DNA from: an uncultured SAR86 cluster bacterium
Lineage (GTDB): Bacteria > Pseudomonadota > Gammaproteobacteria > Magnimaribacterales > D2472
Reading direction: 5' to 3'
Length of the DNA stretch: 64,000 nucleotides
NCBI GenBank assembly: GCA_902608115.1
Contig: CACLMT010000003.1
Coordinates: forward strand, 40,302-104,301
The first letter of the stretch is position 1, and each line of letters opens with the position of its first letter. Shown piece by piece: positions 1 to 9,770 of this stretch. Below the pieces are notes generated by a model, which had not been told where the DNA came from, did not search any database, and was given only the letters and a program-made list of their open reading frames with translations. The translations under genes were made by a program, and so were the position numbers.

Positions 1-179
1 GGCACCTGCCAGTCAAAAACATTTTCTCCACTTTCAATAGCATGAACTGTTAAATCTGGTATCAGATCTTTTATATAATTAAGAGTTTTCCGGACACCTG
101 AACCAGTTAGACTTCTACAAATTGGATATAAGTCTTGAGCCCACTTGTACATATCTCGACCTTCTGAAGATTTTTTCAT
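1..179 (-). CDS. Partial CDS (N-terminal 59 codons; the gene runs off the window edge). Aminopeptidase-like domain protein (DUF4910/DUF2172-type) of a polysaccharide locus.
   Basis: Read by hand on the minus strand. The ATG at 179-177 lies 5 nt downstream of the pseI-like stop and opens MKKSSEGRDMYKWAQDLYPICRSLTGSGVRKTLNYIKDLIPDLTVHAIESGENVFDWQV..., with no stop before the edge. It is missing from the ORF track because it is truncated. The family assignment is from memory of similar N-termini. Confidence 0.45.
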   Translation of the reverse strand, partial: MKKSSEGRDMYKWAQDLYPICRSLTGSGVRKTLNYIKDLIPDLTVHAIESGENVFDWQV

Positions 180-184
180 ATTAT

Positions 185-1249
185 TTAAATAATTGGTTTT
201 TCTAGGGATTGATTTTTGACTGGGGTATTTTTTAAAACATCATGTTTAATCTTTTGTCCAATAATGTCTTTTAAATATTTTGGTGGAATTCCAAATCCAG
301 GCCTAACACTTCTTACAGCATCCTCTGAAATGATATCACCAGACTTCATATCTTTAACAAAATATAAAGATCTCCTGAACTGAACATTTGCTTCTTCGCT
401 AGATTTTCTAGAAAAATTTATATCCCCTAAAGCGCTCCAAGCAACATTAGCTCCTTTGCATAACTCTGCCATTTCAGATGGCTCTAAAGAGAAACTATCA
501 TCTGGGCCACCGCCTTTTCGATCAAGTGTGAAATGCTTCTCAATGATAGAGGCGCCAAGAGCTACGCTTGCAATTGCAGTATTATTATCTAATGTATGAT
601 CAGATAAGCCTATAACCAATCCAAATTTATCTCTCATATGTGAAATAGTTTTTAAATTGTAATCTTCTGCTGGAGCTGGATATCCGCTAACACAATGCAG
701 AATTGCTAATTCAGAGCAGCCTCCACTTCTAGCGGCTTCAATTGCCTCTTCAATTTCTTCTTCATTAGCCATGCCAGTTGAAATTATCATTGGCTTATTG
801 GTGCTTGCAACGTATTCAATTAAAGGAAGATCAATTACTTCAAAAGAAGCAATCTTATATGCAGGCGCATTGAGATCTTCTAATAAATCTACTGCTGTAT
901 TATCAAAAGGAGAACTAAAAATTGAAATCCCAACTTTCTGTGCGTGTTTAAAAAGAATTTCGTGCCATTCCCATGGCATATGCGCTTCATCATATAAATC
1001 AAAGAGAGTTTTTCCATCCCATAATCCTCCATGGATTTGAAAATCTGAATCATTAGAATTTAATGTAATTGTTTCTGCTGTATAGGTCTGCAATTTCACC
1101 GCATCAGCGCCAGCCTTCTTTGCTTCTTCTATTATTTTCATAGCAGTTTCAATATTTCCATTGTGATTTGCTGAAAGCTCAGCAATTACATATGGAGAAT
1201 GATTCGCAGAAATAATGCGTTTATTAATTTCTATTTTAGGTTCAGACAT
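185..1249 (-). CDS. pseI: Pseudaminic acid synthase (PseI-type nonulosonic acid synthase)
   Basis: The 354-aa ORF carries IAELSANH, KLQTYT..TLNS..DF.I.GGLW, KIASFE, GLSDHT and a C-terminal SAF-like domain (RSLYFVKDMKSGD...VRSVRPG). It is collinear with Campylobacter PseI as recalled. Confidence 0.85.
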   Translation of the reverse strand: MSEPKIEINKRIISANHSPYVIAELSANHNGNIETAMKIIEEAKKAGADAVKLQTYTAETITLNSNDSDFQIHGGLWDGKTLFDLYDEAHMPWEWHEILFKHAQKVGISIFSSPFDNTAVDLLEDLNAPAYKIASFEVIDLPLIEYVASTNKPMIISTGMANEEEIEEAIEAARSGGCSELAILHCVSGYPAPAEDYNLKTISHMRDKFGLVIGLSDHTLDNNTAIASVALGASIIEKHFTLDRKGGGPDDSFSLEPSEMAELCKGANVAWSALGDINFSRKSSEEANVQFRRSLYFVKDMKSGDIISEDAVRSVRPGFGIPPKYLKDIIGQKIKHDVLKNTPVKNQSLEKPII

Positions 1250-1757
1250 CTTTATGAGCCAATTTTCTTATCCAATCTTCACGCAAAAAACTATAGCAAA
1301 TTATATCTTGATATTTTAAGCCTTGTTTAGATTGCTCTCTGAGAACTCCCTCCTCAATAAAACCCAATTTTAAATGAAAATTTACAGATGCTTTATTAGA
1401 ACTTAGAGCTTGGCCACAAACTTTATCAAGATTTAATTTTTTAAAAGCATAATCAAGAGCGCTTAACCCCAATCTTGTGCCAGTTCCTTTAGGAGAATCT
1501 GGGGCTGAATAAAACCCCCAATTAGCCGAGGAGCTTTCAGGAATTATATTAAAATTTACATATCCTAATGGAACACCATCCTCTTCATAAATCATTGGAT
1601 ATTTATTAACATCTGATTGAATAGATTTAAACCAATCAGTATGTTCAGATAAAGATATCTCATGCTGTGTTAGCATGCTTCGACGAATAGATGGATGATT
1701 TCTCCATCTTAAAACGTTATCTAAGTCACTCTCCTCCATTGGTCTAATAATGCCCAT
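1242..1757 (-). CDS. pseH: GNAT acetyltransferase, PseH-like (UDP-4-amino-4,6-dideoxy-N-acetyl-beta-L-altrosamine N-acetyltransferase)
   Basis: The 171-aa ORF begins IRPMEESDLDNVLRWRNHPSIRRSM, typical of PseH. It has a GNAT core and sits between the pseG and pseI homologs, overlapping pseI by 8 nt. Confidence 0.7.
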   Translation of the reverse strand: MGIIRPMEESDLDNVLRWRNHPSIRRSMLTQHEISLSEHTDWFKSIQSDVNKYPMIYEEDGVPLGYVNFNIIPESSSANWGFYSAPDSPKGTGTRLGLSALDYAFKKLNLDKVCGQALSSNKASVNFHLKLGFIEEGVLREQSKQGLKYQDIICYSFLREDWIRKLAHKDV

Positions 1758-1759
1758 AA

Positions 1760-2812
1760 TTACTTTTGAATATGCTCTATAACTCTTTTCGCTCCATATC
1801 CATCCACTAAATCAGCAGATACCTTGGAAGCTGCAATCAAGTTTCTTGCATTAGCAAAAAAAGCTATTGCACTTTCGAAATTATGACCATCGCTAAACTC
1901 TTGGTCTATTACAATTGAACCTTTAGATTGATGTAATGCTATTGCCCCAGGCTTTTGATTTTCAGCGAGTACTACTGAAATTGAAGGAATTCCAAGACAG
2001 CACCTTTCCCAAGCAGAAGTTCCCACCGCACCAATTACAAGGTCTTGAGTTGCAAGAAGTTCAGCCATGTGCTGAACATCTACATAAATTTTAGTTTCCC
2101 AAGGCATTTTAGATAACTGTTCCTTAACTGAAGAAATATGAGGAGATGCTCCCCCTAAGAGAATTGAAATTTTAGCATCAATACTAATAGTGCAATTATT
2201 TAACCTCTGTAATATTTTAGTTGTAATATTTTTGGGGTCACTGCCACCCATGCTAATGAGAATATTTTTTAAATCTGTATTCTCTCTATATTGAAGAGAA
2301 GCAGATCTCATGTTAATAAACTCATCTCTAATTAAACAATAATCTAAACCTGTTAATATGTTAGATTTTTCAGGTACTAGATTTACATAATCAAGATTTG
2401 TCCTTCCTAAATTTTGATCCAATAAAACATCGCAATCATGCGCCCTATTTGCAAGATCATCAATAACCATTAATTTTTTATTTTTTGATTTTAGCTTTTG
2501 CTCCCAAAGGTAATCTATAGAGTAATGATCAACAATTAACCATTTAATATTTAATGAATCAACAATTTCTTTTGTTAATGCTGAGTCCTTTTCCCAATCA
2601 AAAGATTCATTGATAGGGGTTGGTAAAATAAATAATTCATGACCCATTGAGGTAACTTTAGAATGTAAACTCTCACTCAGCTCCCTTGATACAAAACAAG
2701 AATTTAAAGACTTTTTGCTTAACATGTCTGCAATGGTTAAGCACCGCATAAGATGGCCATGGCCTATTTCAGTGGAGGCATCCACTCTAAATGCATAACT
2801 AAACACAGTCAT
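1760..2812 (-). CDS. pseG: UDP-2,4-diacetamido-2,4,6-trideoxy-beta-L-altropyranose hydrolase (PseG)
   Basis: The 350-aa ORF has the N-terminal FRVDASTEIGHGHLMRCLTIADML signature of PseG, a GT-B-like fold, and a pseC-pseG-pseH-pseI context. Confidence 0.8.
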   Translation of the reverse strand: MTVFSYAFRVDASTEIGHGHLMRCLTIADMLSKKSLNSCFVSRELSESLHSKVTSMGHELFILPTPINESFDWEKDSALTKEIVDSLNIKWLIVDHYSIDYLWEQKLKSKNKKLMVIDDLANRAHDCDVLLDQNLGRTNLDYVNLVPEKSNILTGLDYCLIRDEFINMRSASLQYRENTDLKNILISMGGSDPKNITTKILQRLNNCTISIDAKISILLGGASPHISSVKEQLSKMPWETKIYVDVQHMAELLATQDLVIGAVGTSAWERCCLGIPSISVVLAENQKPGAIALHQSKGSIVIDQEFSDGHNFESAIAFFANARNLIAASKVSADLVDGYGAKRVIEHIQK

Positions 2813-2815
2813 GAA

Positions 2816-3979
2816 TTAAACAATAATTTTTTTAAGTGTATTAATTACGTGATCTTGTTCTTCTTGGGTTAAAGTTGGATAAATCGGAATACTTAATGCT
2901 TCCCGATGATAACCTTCAGATTCAAGGCAATAACCTGCTTCAAAGCCCATTTTTTCATAAAAGGGCTGTCTATAAACAGGTATATAATGAAGATTTACCA
3001 TTATCCCAAGATCACATAACTCATCATGAATTTGAGGTTGAGTCTTTGTAATTTTCTCTAAATCAAGTCTTATAATATAAAGATGGTAGCTTGAAAATGT
3101 ATCTGGGTGTTGCCATGGTGTTCGTAAAGGCAATGAATTAAGCTCCTGATTATATCGATCTGCAATCTTATGTCTTTGTTTGATAATTTCTTTAAGCCTC
3201 TTTATTTGACTAAGACCTAAGGATGCTGCTATATCAGTCATTCTGTAGTTATAACCTAAGCGTATTTGTTGATAATTCCATATTTCATTATCAGGTCTCT
3301 CTATCATTTCTTTGGGATTTGATGTAATACCATGACTCCGATGCTGGCGTAACTTATTTGCAAGAATAGAATCATTAGTTAATGCCATTCCACCCTCACC
3401 CGTAGTAATAATTTTTACAGGATGAAAACTAAATACAGTTATATCACTATAAAAACAACTTCCTACCGGCATGTTTTTATAGGTACCTCCTATTGCATGG
3501 GATGCATCCTCAATAATCTTAAAACCGTATTTTTTACTTAAAGATTTAATCTCTTTCATCTCACAAGATTGTCCACTTAAATGAACTGGAACTAGGATTT
3601 TTGGTAAATTTTTATTTTGTTCTGCTATTTCTAATTTCTTTTTTAACTTCTCCACGCTGATGTTATAAGTTTGTGGGTCAATATCAACAAAATCTATTTT
3701 TGCACCACAATAAAGCGCGCAGTTTGAAGTGGCTACAAAAGTATTAGGGCAAGTCCATAGCCAGTCACCTGGTCCTAAATCAAGCGCCATACATGCAATA
3801 TGCAATGCTGATGTTGCACTATTAACTGCCACAGCATGCTTTGCACCAGTATACTCACATGTCACTTTTTCAAAAGATGGAACCACCGGTCCTTGAGTCA
3901 ATAAATCAGAGTTTAAAACGTCAACAACAGCAGCAACATCATCCTTTGTTATTTCTTGCCTTCCATATTTAATTTTCAT
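2816..3979 (-). CDS. pseC: PLP-dependent sugar aminotransferase, PseC-like (DegT/DnrJ/EryC1 family)
   Basis: The 387-aa ORF contains KYGRQEI...LLTQGP...NSATSALH...FVDID and SFHPVK (the PLP lysine), which is the PseC pattern. Confidence 0.85.
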   Translation of the reverse strand: MKIKYGRQEITKDDVAAVVDVLNSDLLTQGPVVPSFEKVTCEYTGAKHAVAVNSATSALHIACMALDLGPGDWLWTCPNTFVATSNCALYCGAKIDFVDIDPQTYNISVEKLKKKLEIAEQNKNLPKILVPVHLSGQSCEMKEIKSLSKKYGFKIIEDASHAIGGTYKNMPVGSCFYSDITVFSFHPVKIITTGEGGMALTNDSILANKLRQHRSHGITSNPKEMIERPDNEIWNYQQIRLGYNYRMTDIAASLGLSQIKRLKEIIKQRHKIADRYNQELNSLPLRTPWQHPDTFSSYHLYIIRLDLEKITKTQPQIHDELCDLGIMVNLHYIPVYRQPFYEKMGFEAGYCLESEGYHREALSIPIYPTLTQEEQDHVINTLKKIIV

Positions 3980-3986
3980 TACTATC

Positions 3987-4829
3987 TTAAACCTCGGTTG
4001 AATGCTCTATGGGAAGTATCCGTCCGTGGTATTGCCCCATTTCATATGCATTATTTAGAATTAATAAATTATCATTAGTTACTATTTCTGTATTTTCTCT
4101 ATATTTTAAAGAAGCTCCTGTATATGTTTCATAATCAGTACAGGGTATCCAGCAATCTACTTTAAAATCAGATATTGCCTCAAGATTAATTTGAGATGAG
4201 CAGCTTTTTAGCAACATTTCATATGGGTTTAAACCATCATCTTTACCTAATTTGGGTTGAGCATAAAAATGGCCATAAGATTTTGGTTTCATAAGATAAT
4301 CACAGCCGACTAGAATTGCTTTTTTAAAACCTAAGCTTATTGCAAGTCCAATAGCTGCATATAAACCGCCAGCTAGATAACTAAATTCCGAACATATATC
4401 TAAGTAATTTGAATGAGGATCTCTTTTCCCAAAATGATGGAGATAATGAGTATTCTTTAATGGTGCACCTAACATATTTGTAAAACTAGTAAAAAGATTT
4501 AATTCTGGAAATTTTGCAATCTCAGATCTAAATAAATTACCCATAATATTCTTTTCATATTTTTGTTTATAAGGGTTTTTGAAATAATGATAAAACGAAA
4601 AAGGTTCTGGTAATGTATAACAACAAGTATCAAGAAGATAAAAATCTTTATGCAAAACTAGATGATTAATCCCAATGGTTGGATAATTAGTAAAATGTGA
4701 AAAGTCTATGCTTTTCAAGGAAGCTCCATTTCCAAAAATATAACAAGTTTGATCGATGAAACTATTCTTAAAAAGAAAGTTTCTTCTGAACACAGGCTCT
4801 AATGCTTTATGAAGCAAATTATTCTTCAT
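3987..4829 (-). CDS. Cst-II-like (GT42 / DUF115-like) putative nonulosonic-acid (sialyl/pseudaminyl) transferase
   Basis: In this 280-aa ORF, CYIFGNGASLKSIDFSHF...IGINH parallels Cst-II IIAGNGPSLKEIDYSRL...FRCNQ. YLAGGLYAAIGLAISLGFKKAILVGCDYL parallels ITSGVYMCAVAIALGYKEIYLSGIDFY. The Cst-II sequences are recalled. The gene is embedded between the acetamidino genes and pseC. Confidence 0.55.
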   Translation of the reverse strand: MKNNLLHKALEPVFRRNFLFKNSFIDQTCYIFGNGASLKSIDFSHFTNYPTIGINHLVLHKDFYLLDTCCYTLPEPFSFYHYFKNPYKQKYEKNIMGNLFRSEIAKFPELNLFTSFTNMLGAPLKNTHYLHHFGKRDPHSNYLDICSEFSYLAGGLYAAIGLAISLGFKKAILVGCDYLMKPKSYGHFYAQPKLGKDDGLNPYEMLLKSCSSQINLEAISDFKVDCWIPCTDYETYTGASLKYRENTEIVTNDNLLILNNAYEMGQYHGRILPIEHSTEV

Positions 4830-4844
4830 GATTTGTGAGTTTAG

Positions 4845-5495
4845 CTAAATATTTAAAAAATTTTTTAACATCTGTAAACCTATTTTTCCGCTTTTTTCTG
4901 GATGAAATTGGCAACCTATAACATTCTCAGATTGAATAACTGCCGGAATAAAATTATCTCCATACAAACAACCAGCAATTAAGTGTTTAGAATCTTCTGG
5001 CTGAGCCATGTAAGAATGAACAAAATATAGGGCAGAATCTTCTTTGGTGTCTTCCAAAAGAGTTCCCTTCCAACTAACTCCTTCTTCTTTGGGTTTAACT
5101 AAATTGTTCCAACCAATATGTGGAATTTTTAATTTACTACCATCTTTAGCATGAGAAGGAACAGCTGTAACTTTACCTGATATTAAACCTAAACCGTCTG
5201 TTAAACCAAATTCTTCGCTCTCATCAAGCAAAAACTGCATCCCCAAACATATTCCTAGCAAAGGTGTACCTTTAGAAGTTAAGTCATGAATTAAAGAAAT
5301 GAAATCTCTTTTATCTAATTCAGCCATCCCATCCGCAAATGCACCAACACCTGGTAAAACCACCCTATCAGATTGAAATATTTCTTCAGGGTCTCCAGTA
5401 ACTTTTACCAATGCATCGTTATATTCTAAACCTCTCCTTACACTTAAGAGGTTCCCTACACCATAATCTATGACTGTAACAGTTTTAAGCGTCAT
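4845..5495 (-). CDS. HisH-like glutamine amidotransferase subunit (WbuY-type, sugar acetamidino formation)
   Basis: The 216-aa ORF has VIDYGVGNL, GICLGMQ (catalytic Cys) and FHPEKS. It is paired with a HisF-like gene (11-nt overlap) inside a polysaccharide locus, not a his operon. Confidence 0.8.
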   Translation of the reverse strand: MTLKTVTVIDYGVGNLLSVRRGLEYNDALVKVTGDPEEIFQSDRVVLPGVGAFADGMAELDKRDFISLIHDLTSKGTPLLGICLGMQFLLDESEEFGLTDGLGLISGKVTAVPSHAKDGSKLKIPHIGWNNLVKPKEEGVSWKGTLLEDTKEDSALYFVHSYMAQPEDSKHLIAGCLYGDNFIPAVIQSENVIGCQFHPEKSGKIGLQMLKNFLNI

Positions 5496-6258
5496 ATTTT
5501 CTTACACCTATATCTGCTTTATTTGCCTCTTCTCTGATTAAATTAATTGTTGATCGCTCATAATGCAAAATATCAGCCATCGCAATTGCATCTGCTCCAC
5601 CTTCTTCAATTGCAAATCTAATATGCTCCTCAGACCCCATACCACCACTAGCTATAACCGGAATATTAACTGCATCGGTTATTTTTTTGATTAGATCAAT
5701 ATCAAAACCTTTTCTCGTACCCTCATAATCTATAGAAGTTAGTAAGATTTCTCCGGCACCTTGCTCCACGCCTTCTTTTGCCCAATCTACGACGTCTATT
5801 CCTGTTTTTTCTCTTCCAGAATCTGTGTAAACTTCCCACATAGTATCAGACTGTTTTTTAGCCTCGATTGATAAAACCATACATTGAGAGCCAAATCTCC
5901 TGGAAACTTCATTTATGAGGCTTGGTCTTTGAACTGCAGCAGTATTAATTGCCACTTTATCTGCTCCAGCTCTTAATAACTCTCTTACATCCTCAATGTT
6001 TCGAATTCCGCCTCCGACAGTTAAAGGGACAAAAACATTTTCTGCAGTTCTAGAAACTATTTCTGGTAATTTGCTCCTACCATATAAGCTTGCAACGATA
6101 TCAATATATATTAATTCATCAGCGCCTTGCTCATAATACTTTTTAGCATGCTCTTGTGGGTCTCCAATAACCCTTAGCCCCTCTAGATGAATTCCTTTAA
6201 TAAGATTTGGTCCTTTAATATCAAGCCTCGCTATTAATCGAACTTTCTTATGCTTCAT
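5485..6258 (-). CDS. HisF-like cyclase subunit (WbuZ-type acetamidino modification protein)
   Basis: The 257-aa ORF has RLDIKG, ADELIYIDI, TVGGGIR and ASGG, the TIM-barrel HisF motifs. Its context is the amidotransferase trio. Confidence 0.8.
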   Translation of the reverse strand: MKHKKVRLIARLDIKGPNLIKGIHLEGLRVIGDPQEHAKKYYEQGADELIYIDIVASLYGRSKLPEIVSRTAENVFVPLTVGGGIRNIEDVRELLRAGADKVAINTAAVQRPSLINEVSRRFGSQCMVLSIEAKKQSDTMWEVYTDSGREKTGIDVVDWAKEGVEQGAGEILLTSIDYEGTRKGFDIDLIKKITDAVNIPVIASGGMGSEEHIRFAIEEGGADAIAMADILHYERSTINLIREEANKADIGVRKYDA

Positions 6259-6265
6259 TTTTTTC

Positions 6266-7489
6266 TTAATCTAATCTTTTTTGATCATGCCAAACTGCTC
6301 TTTTTAAATTCCACTCATCTCCTTCCTTCTCCCAAAGATGAGGAGAGCGAAATTTATCAACAGTTTCATGGAACTCATCTTCAGTTAAAGAAATATATTC
6401 CAAAAATTCCTTAAAATATTTCTTTGGAAACTCTTCATCAAATTTCTTAACTAACTGCGCCCCTTCTTCTCTTGTAATTTTGTTATTTCTAATTTCTTGT
6501 GCAGCATCATAAGTTGCTCTACCAATACCAAATTTTACAAGTGTGGTGTAGTAATGAAACATATCTATACGGTCATCTATGCTGCTATATTTAGAATAAG
6601 TTCCTTCTGTTCTCTCAGTATTAGATTGAAATCCAGTATGCTCAGTAGCATAGTAGTAACATTCCTGAGGGTCCCATTTAAGGTAATAACCAAGATAATG
6701 AACCTCTACATTCTTTGATTCAAGATAATCTGCACTGGGAGGAATATAGGGTGCAAAATCATTTAAAGTAAAGTCAGTTTCCTCCAAGATATCTCTTATC
6801 TTCTTACCACCAAGAACAATATCAAGAGGATCACTAATCGAGAAAAACTTCCTATCCATTGTAGGAATATAATTATCATCTACATTATTTCCATATTCAG
6901 CTTGATTCTCACCATACATAACTAACTCAACACCAAACTTTGCTGCCATAGATGGTCCAATAATCCTCTGTCCAACAATAAAAGGCTGGAAAGGATGTAA
7001 AAGATTAATAAATGCTTGCTTAGTTAAATATCTATGAAGTCGTCCATTAGGTGTAAGCAACATGTTATCTAAGCCGCCCACATGAATCCAATTCTCAAAA
7101 TTCTTCCATCCAATTTCAGTATACTTATGAGGCGCCCAAGTTACCGTAAGAGGATTCATACCATATTTATATTTCAGTATATGAGATGTATACGCGCTAT
7201 CTTTACCTCCACTTCCAGGAATTACAATGTCATAACTTCCATCATGTTTCCTATACTTCTCACAGAGTTCAGCAAGGGTATCCTCCCTATCTTTCCAATT
7301 AATAGAATTCGCTTTAGTTTCCTGATAATGACAAGCAGCACAAACTCCATTATTGTCAAAACCTATGGTTGATTTTTTTTCATCTTTTGAATGCTTGAAT
7401 TCAACTGTAGAGCTTGGTCGCTGATTGGAGATTACACAGCGTTTGCAAAAAATAACCTCTGAAGGCAATCCAAAGAATGTATCTGTCAT
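6266..7489 (-). CDS. N-acetyl sugar amidotransferase (PP-loop family; WbuX/PseA-like)
   Basis: The 407-aa ORF has an N-terminal Cys-rich segment (CKRCV...CAACHY) and a PP-loop-like SGGKDS motif (PGSGGKDSAY). It lies immediately upstream of the HisF/HisH-like pair, like Cj1316c-1315c-1314c as recalled. Confidence 0.75.
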   Translation of the reverse strand: MTDTFFGLPSEVIFCKRCVISNQRPSSTVEFKHSKDEKKSTIGFDNNGVCAACHYQETKANSINWKDREDTLAELCEKYRKHDGSYDIVIPGSGGKDSAYTSHILKYKYGMNPLTVTWAPHKYTEIGWKNFENWIHVGGLDNMLLTPNGRLHRYLTKQAFINLLHPFQPFIVGQRIIGPSMAAKFGVELVMYGENQAEYGNNVDDNYIPTMDRKFFSISDPLDIVLGGKKIRDILEETDFTLNDFAPYIPPSADYLESKNVEVHYLGYYLKWDPQECYYYATEHTGFQSNTERTEGTYSKYSSIDDRIDMFHYYTTLVKFGIGRATYDAAQEIRNNKITREEGAQLVKKFDEEFPKKYFKEFLEYISLTEDEFHETVDKFRSPHLWEKEGDEWNLKRAVWHDQKRLD

Positions 7490-7595
7490 TTTATAGCTCC
7501 TTAAAAAAATACATTATACGTTTTTAAAATCTCTTAAAAATAATTTATTTCTTAAACAAATTTATTGCTGAAATAATTCTTAAGGCAAATCGATT

Positions 7596-8726
7596 TTAAT
7601 TAAGATCAACAAAAAATTTCTGCTTTGGCATATTCCAAAATTCTTTGTTATTAATTATTTCATAGAACTTCTGCGCACTATTACCATCACCAAAAATCAT
7701 AGACGGTTCATAATTTTTACCTTCAACACCTTGTATTGCTTGAGAAATATCATCTAAATTAAAGTCTGAGTCAGTAATACTGGGTAAAGATACTCTATTA
7801 TTCTGTCTAGAGCCTAAATTAATAGTTGGGACCCCAAAATGAGGGGCTTCTCTAACACCAGCACTCGAATTACCAATCATAAAGTCAGCATTTTGAAGCA
7901 ATTGCAAAAAATGCTCGAATCTCATTGATGGAAAAACTCTAAAATTTTTATGATTAGATAAGTTTTCATATGCATCAAAAATTATCTCTGAGCCATGATC
8001 ATTATTTGGATAGATTACAACATAGTTCTTCTTAGATTGAATTAATCCGTCAATTAGAATCTGAATATGATTTTTTAAATTATCCAATTCTGTTGTTACA
8101 GGATGAAAAATTGCGACTGCATAATTATCATAATCAATCTCATATCGTTTTTTTACTTCTTCTAATGAGGGTAAAGAACTTGAATTCATAATATCAATAT
8201 CAGGGGAGCCAATTACATATGTAGATTCTGTTCTCTCTCCTAACTGCAACAGCCTTTTTTGAGCATCTTCATTTGCTACAAAATGAGCATGAGATAATTT
8301 TGTTACAGCATGGCGAATAAGCTCATCTACTGTTCCAGAAACCTCTCCGCCCTCTATATGACCTGTTAAGACATTATTTAATGCTCCAACGGTTGCACCA
8401 GCTAATGCCTCTACTCGATCACCATGAACAATAATTAAATCTGGATTAATTTCTCTAACATAGTCTGATAAACCTAAAATTGATTTAGCTAATACATGAT
8501 CCATTCCATCTGAAACATTCTGATTTATAAATTTATGAATATTCTGAAAATTAGCTTTTTCAACTTCTTCACATGTATAACCATATTTAGCTAGCATATG
8601 CATGCCAGTAACAAAAACATGAAGCTGAAAGTTAATGTCGTCTTGAATAATTTTCATCAAAGACTTTAACTTTCCAAAATCAGCTCTAGTACCTGTAACA
8701 AAAATTATCTTTTTTTGATTTTGCAT
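7596..8726 (-). CDS. neuC: Hydrolysing UDP-N-acetylglucosamine 2-epimerase (NeuC/LegG family)
   Basis: The 376-aa ORF has IIFVTGTRADFGKLKSLM...VTGMHM...HGDR.E, the NeuC pattern. It lies adjacent to the neuB and neuA homologs. Confidence 0.8.
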   Translation of the reverse strand: MQNQKKIIFVTGTRADFGKLKSLMKIIQDDINFQLHVFVTGMHMLAKYGYTCEEVEKANFQNIHKFINQNVSDGMDHVLAKSILGLSDYVREINPDLIIVHGDRVEALAGATVGALNNVLTGHIEGGEVSGTVDELIRHAVTKLSHAHFVANEDAQKRLLQLGERTESTYVIGSPDIDIMNSSSLPSLEEVKKRYEIDYDNYAVAIFHPVTTELDNLKNHIQILIDGLIQSKKNYVVIYPNNDHGSEIIFDAYENLSNHKNFRVFPSMRFEHFLQLLQNADFMIGNSSAGVREAPHFGVPTINLGSRQNNRVSLPSITDSDFNLDDISQAIQGVEGKNYEPSMIFGDGNSAQKFYEIINNKEFWNMPKQKFFVDLN

Positions 8727-8727
8727 A

Positions 8728-9768
8728 TCACTTCTCTACATGAGATTTTGTCAATTGTTCGCCAGCTTTTATTGGGGCAAGGATCGGTTTACCAATTAAA
8801 TTTTCATAATCAGCTGCAGAGTAATCTCCTTCGCCTGGTCTACGCACCCATATATTTTCTTCACTTAATAACTCACCCCCTTCAATATCTTTTATTGCAA
8901 CGACTGAAGCAAAAGCAAACGCTATAGTTGCCTCCTCTTCGGGTACTGGGTGTTTGTCACCACCTCTTTCGGTAAAAAGGATTTTTGATCCATGAATTAA
9001 TTCAGATAAGGAATTAGGATCCATAGAGCATACAATATCTGGTCCCGGTCTATCTAATGAATCTGTAAAATGTCTCTCAAGGATAGATGCTCCTAAGGCG
9101 ACAGCGCCAAAGCATGCCAAATTGTCTGTTGTATGATCAGACAATCCAACCACTGCATCAGGAAACTCAGATTGTAAAACTTTCATTGCTCCCAGCCTTA
9201 CTAACTCTGGAGGAGTTGGATATATGTTTGTCGTGTGTAATAAAGCATATGGAATACTGAATTTACGTAAAATTTCAACTGCTGGTCTAATTGAATCAAT
9301 TGAATTCATTCCAGTGCTTAAAATAATTGGTTTACCTGATCTTGCAATATGTTTTATTAAGGGGTAATTATTGCATTCTCCGGAACCAATTTTATATGCA
9401 GGTACATTAAATCTTTCTAATCTATCAGCTGCGGCTCGTGAAAAAGGAGTGCTAATAAAAATACAATTTCTTGATTTAATGTGCTCCATTAAAACATGCT
9501 CTTCCTCTTCATTAAGAGCGCATCTAGCCATAATTTCATATATAGAAACATCCGCGTTACCAGGAACAACTTCTTTTGCCTCAGCTGACATCTCGTCCTC
9601 AACAATATGAGTTTGATGCTTTATAATTTCAGCTCCTGCTTCAATTGCTGCATCTGCCATTGAGATTGCTAGATCTAAACTACCCTCATGATTAATACCA
9701 ATCTCAGCTATTACAACAGGAGGATGATTGTCTCCTATTATTCTGTTATTAATTTTTATTTCAGGCAT
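8728..9768 (-). CDS. neuB: NeuB/LegI-family nonulosonic acid synthase (second NulO synthase in the locus)
   Basis: The 346-aa ORF has [30 protein letters not shown] and a C-terminal SAF domain. It is clearly a separate paralog from the PseI-type ORF at 185-1249. Confidence 0.8.
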   Translation of the reverse strand: MPEIKINNRIIGDNHPPVVIAEIGINHEGSLDLAISMADAAIEAGAEIIKHQTHIVEDEMSAEAKEVVPGNADVSIYEIMARCALNEEEEHVLMEHIKSRNCIFISTPFSRAAADRLERFNVPAYKIGSGECNNYPLIKHIARSGKPIILSTGMNSIDSIRPAVEILRKFSIPYALLHTTNIYPTPPELVRLGAMKVLQSEFPDAVVGLSDHTTDNLACFGAVALGASILERHFTDSLDRPGPDIVCSMDPNSLSELIHGSKILFTERGGDKHPVPEEEATIAFAFASVVAIKDIEGGELLSEENIWVRRPGEGDYSAADYENLIGKPILAPIKAGEQLTKSHVEK

Positions 9769-9770
9769 TT

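Noticed and set aside
3463-3470. Second ops-like octamer (GCCGGTAG on the minus strand) inside pseC
   Set aside because: It lies inside a coding region and differs from GGCGGTAG at the second position. It lacks the extended match and is probably a codon-driven coincidence.
7373-7380. T8/A8 homopolymer inside the amidotransferase gene, considered as a phase-variation tract
   Set aside because: It encodes Lys-Lys (GAA AAA AAA TCA). A/T runs of this length are frequent in this AT-rich genome, and there is no evidence of length heterogeneity from a single sequence.
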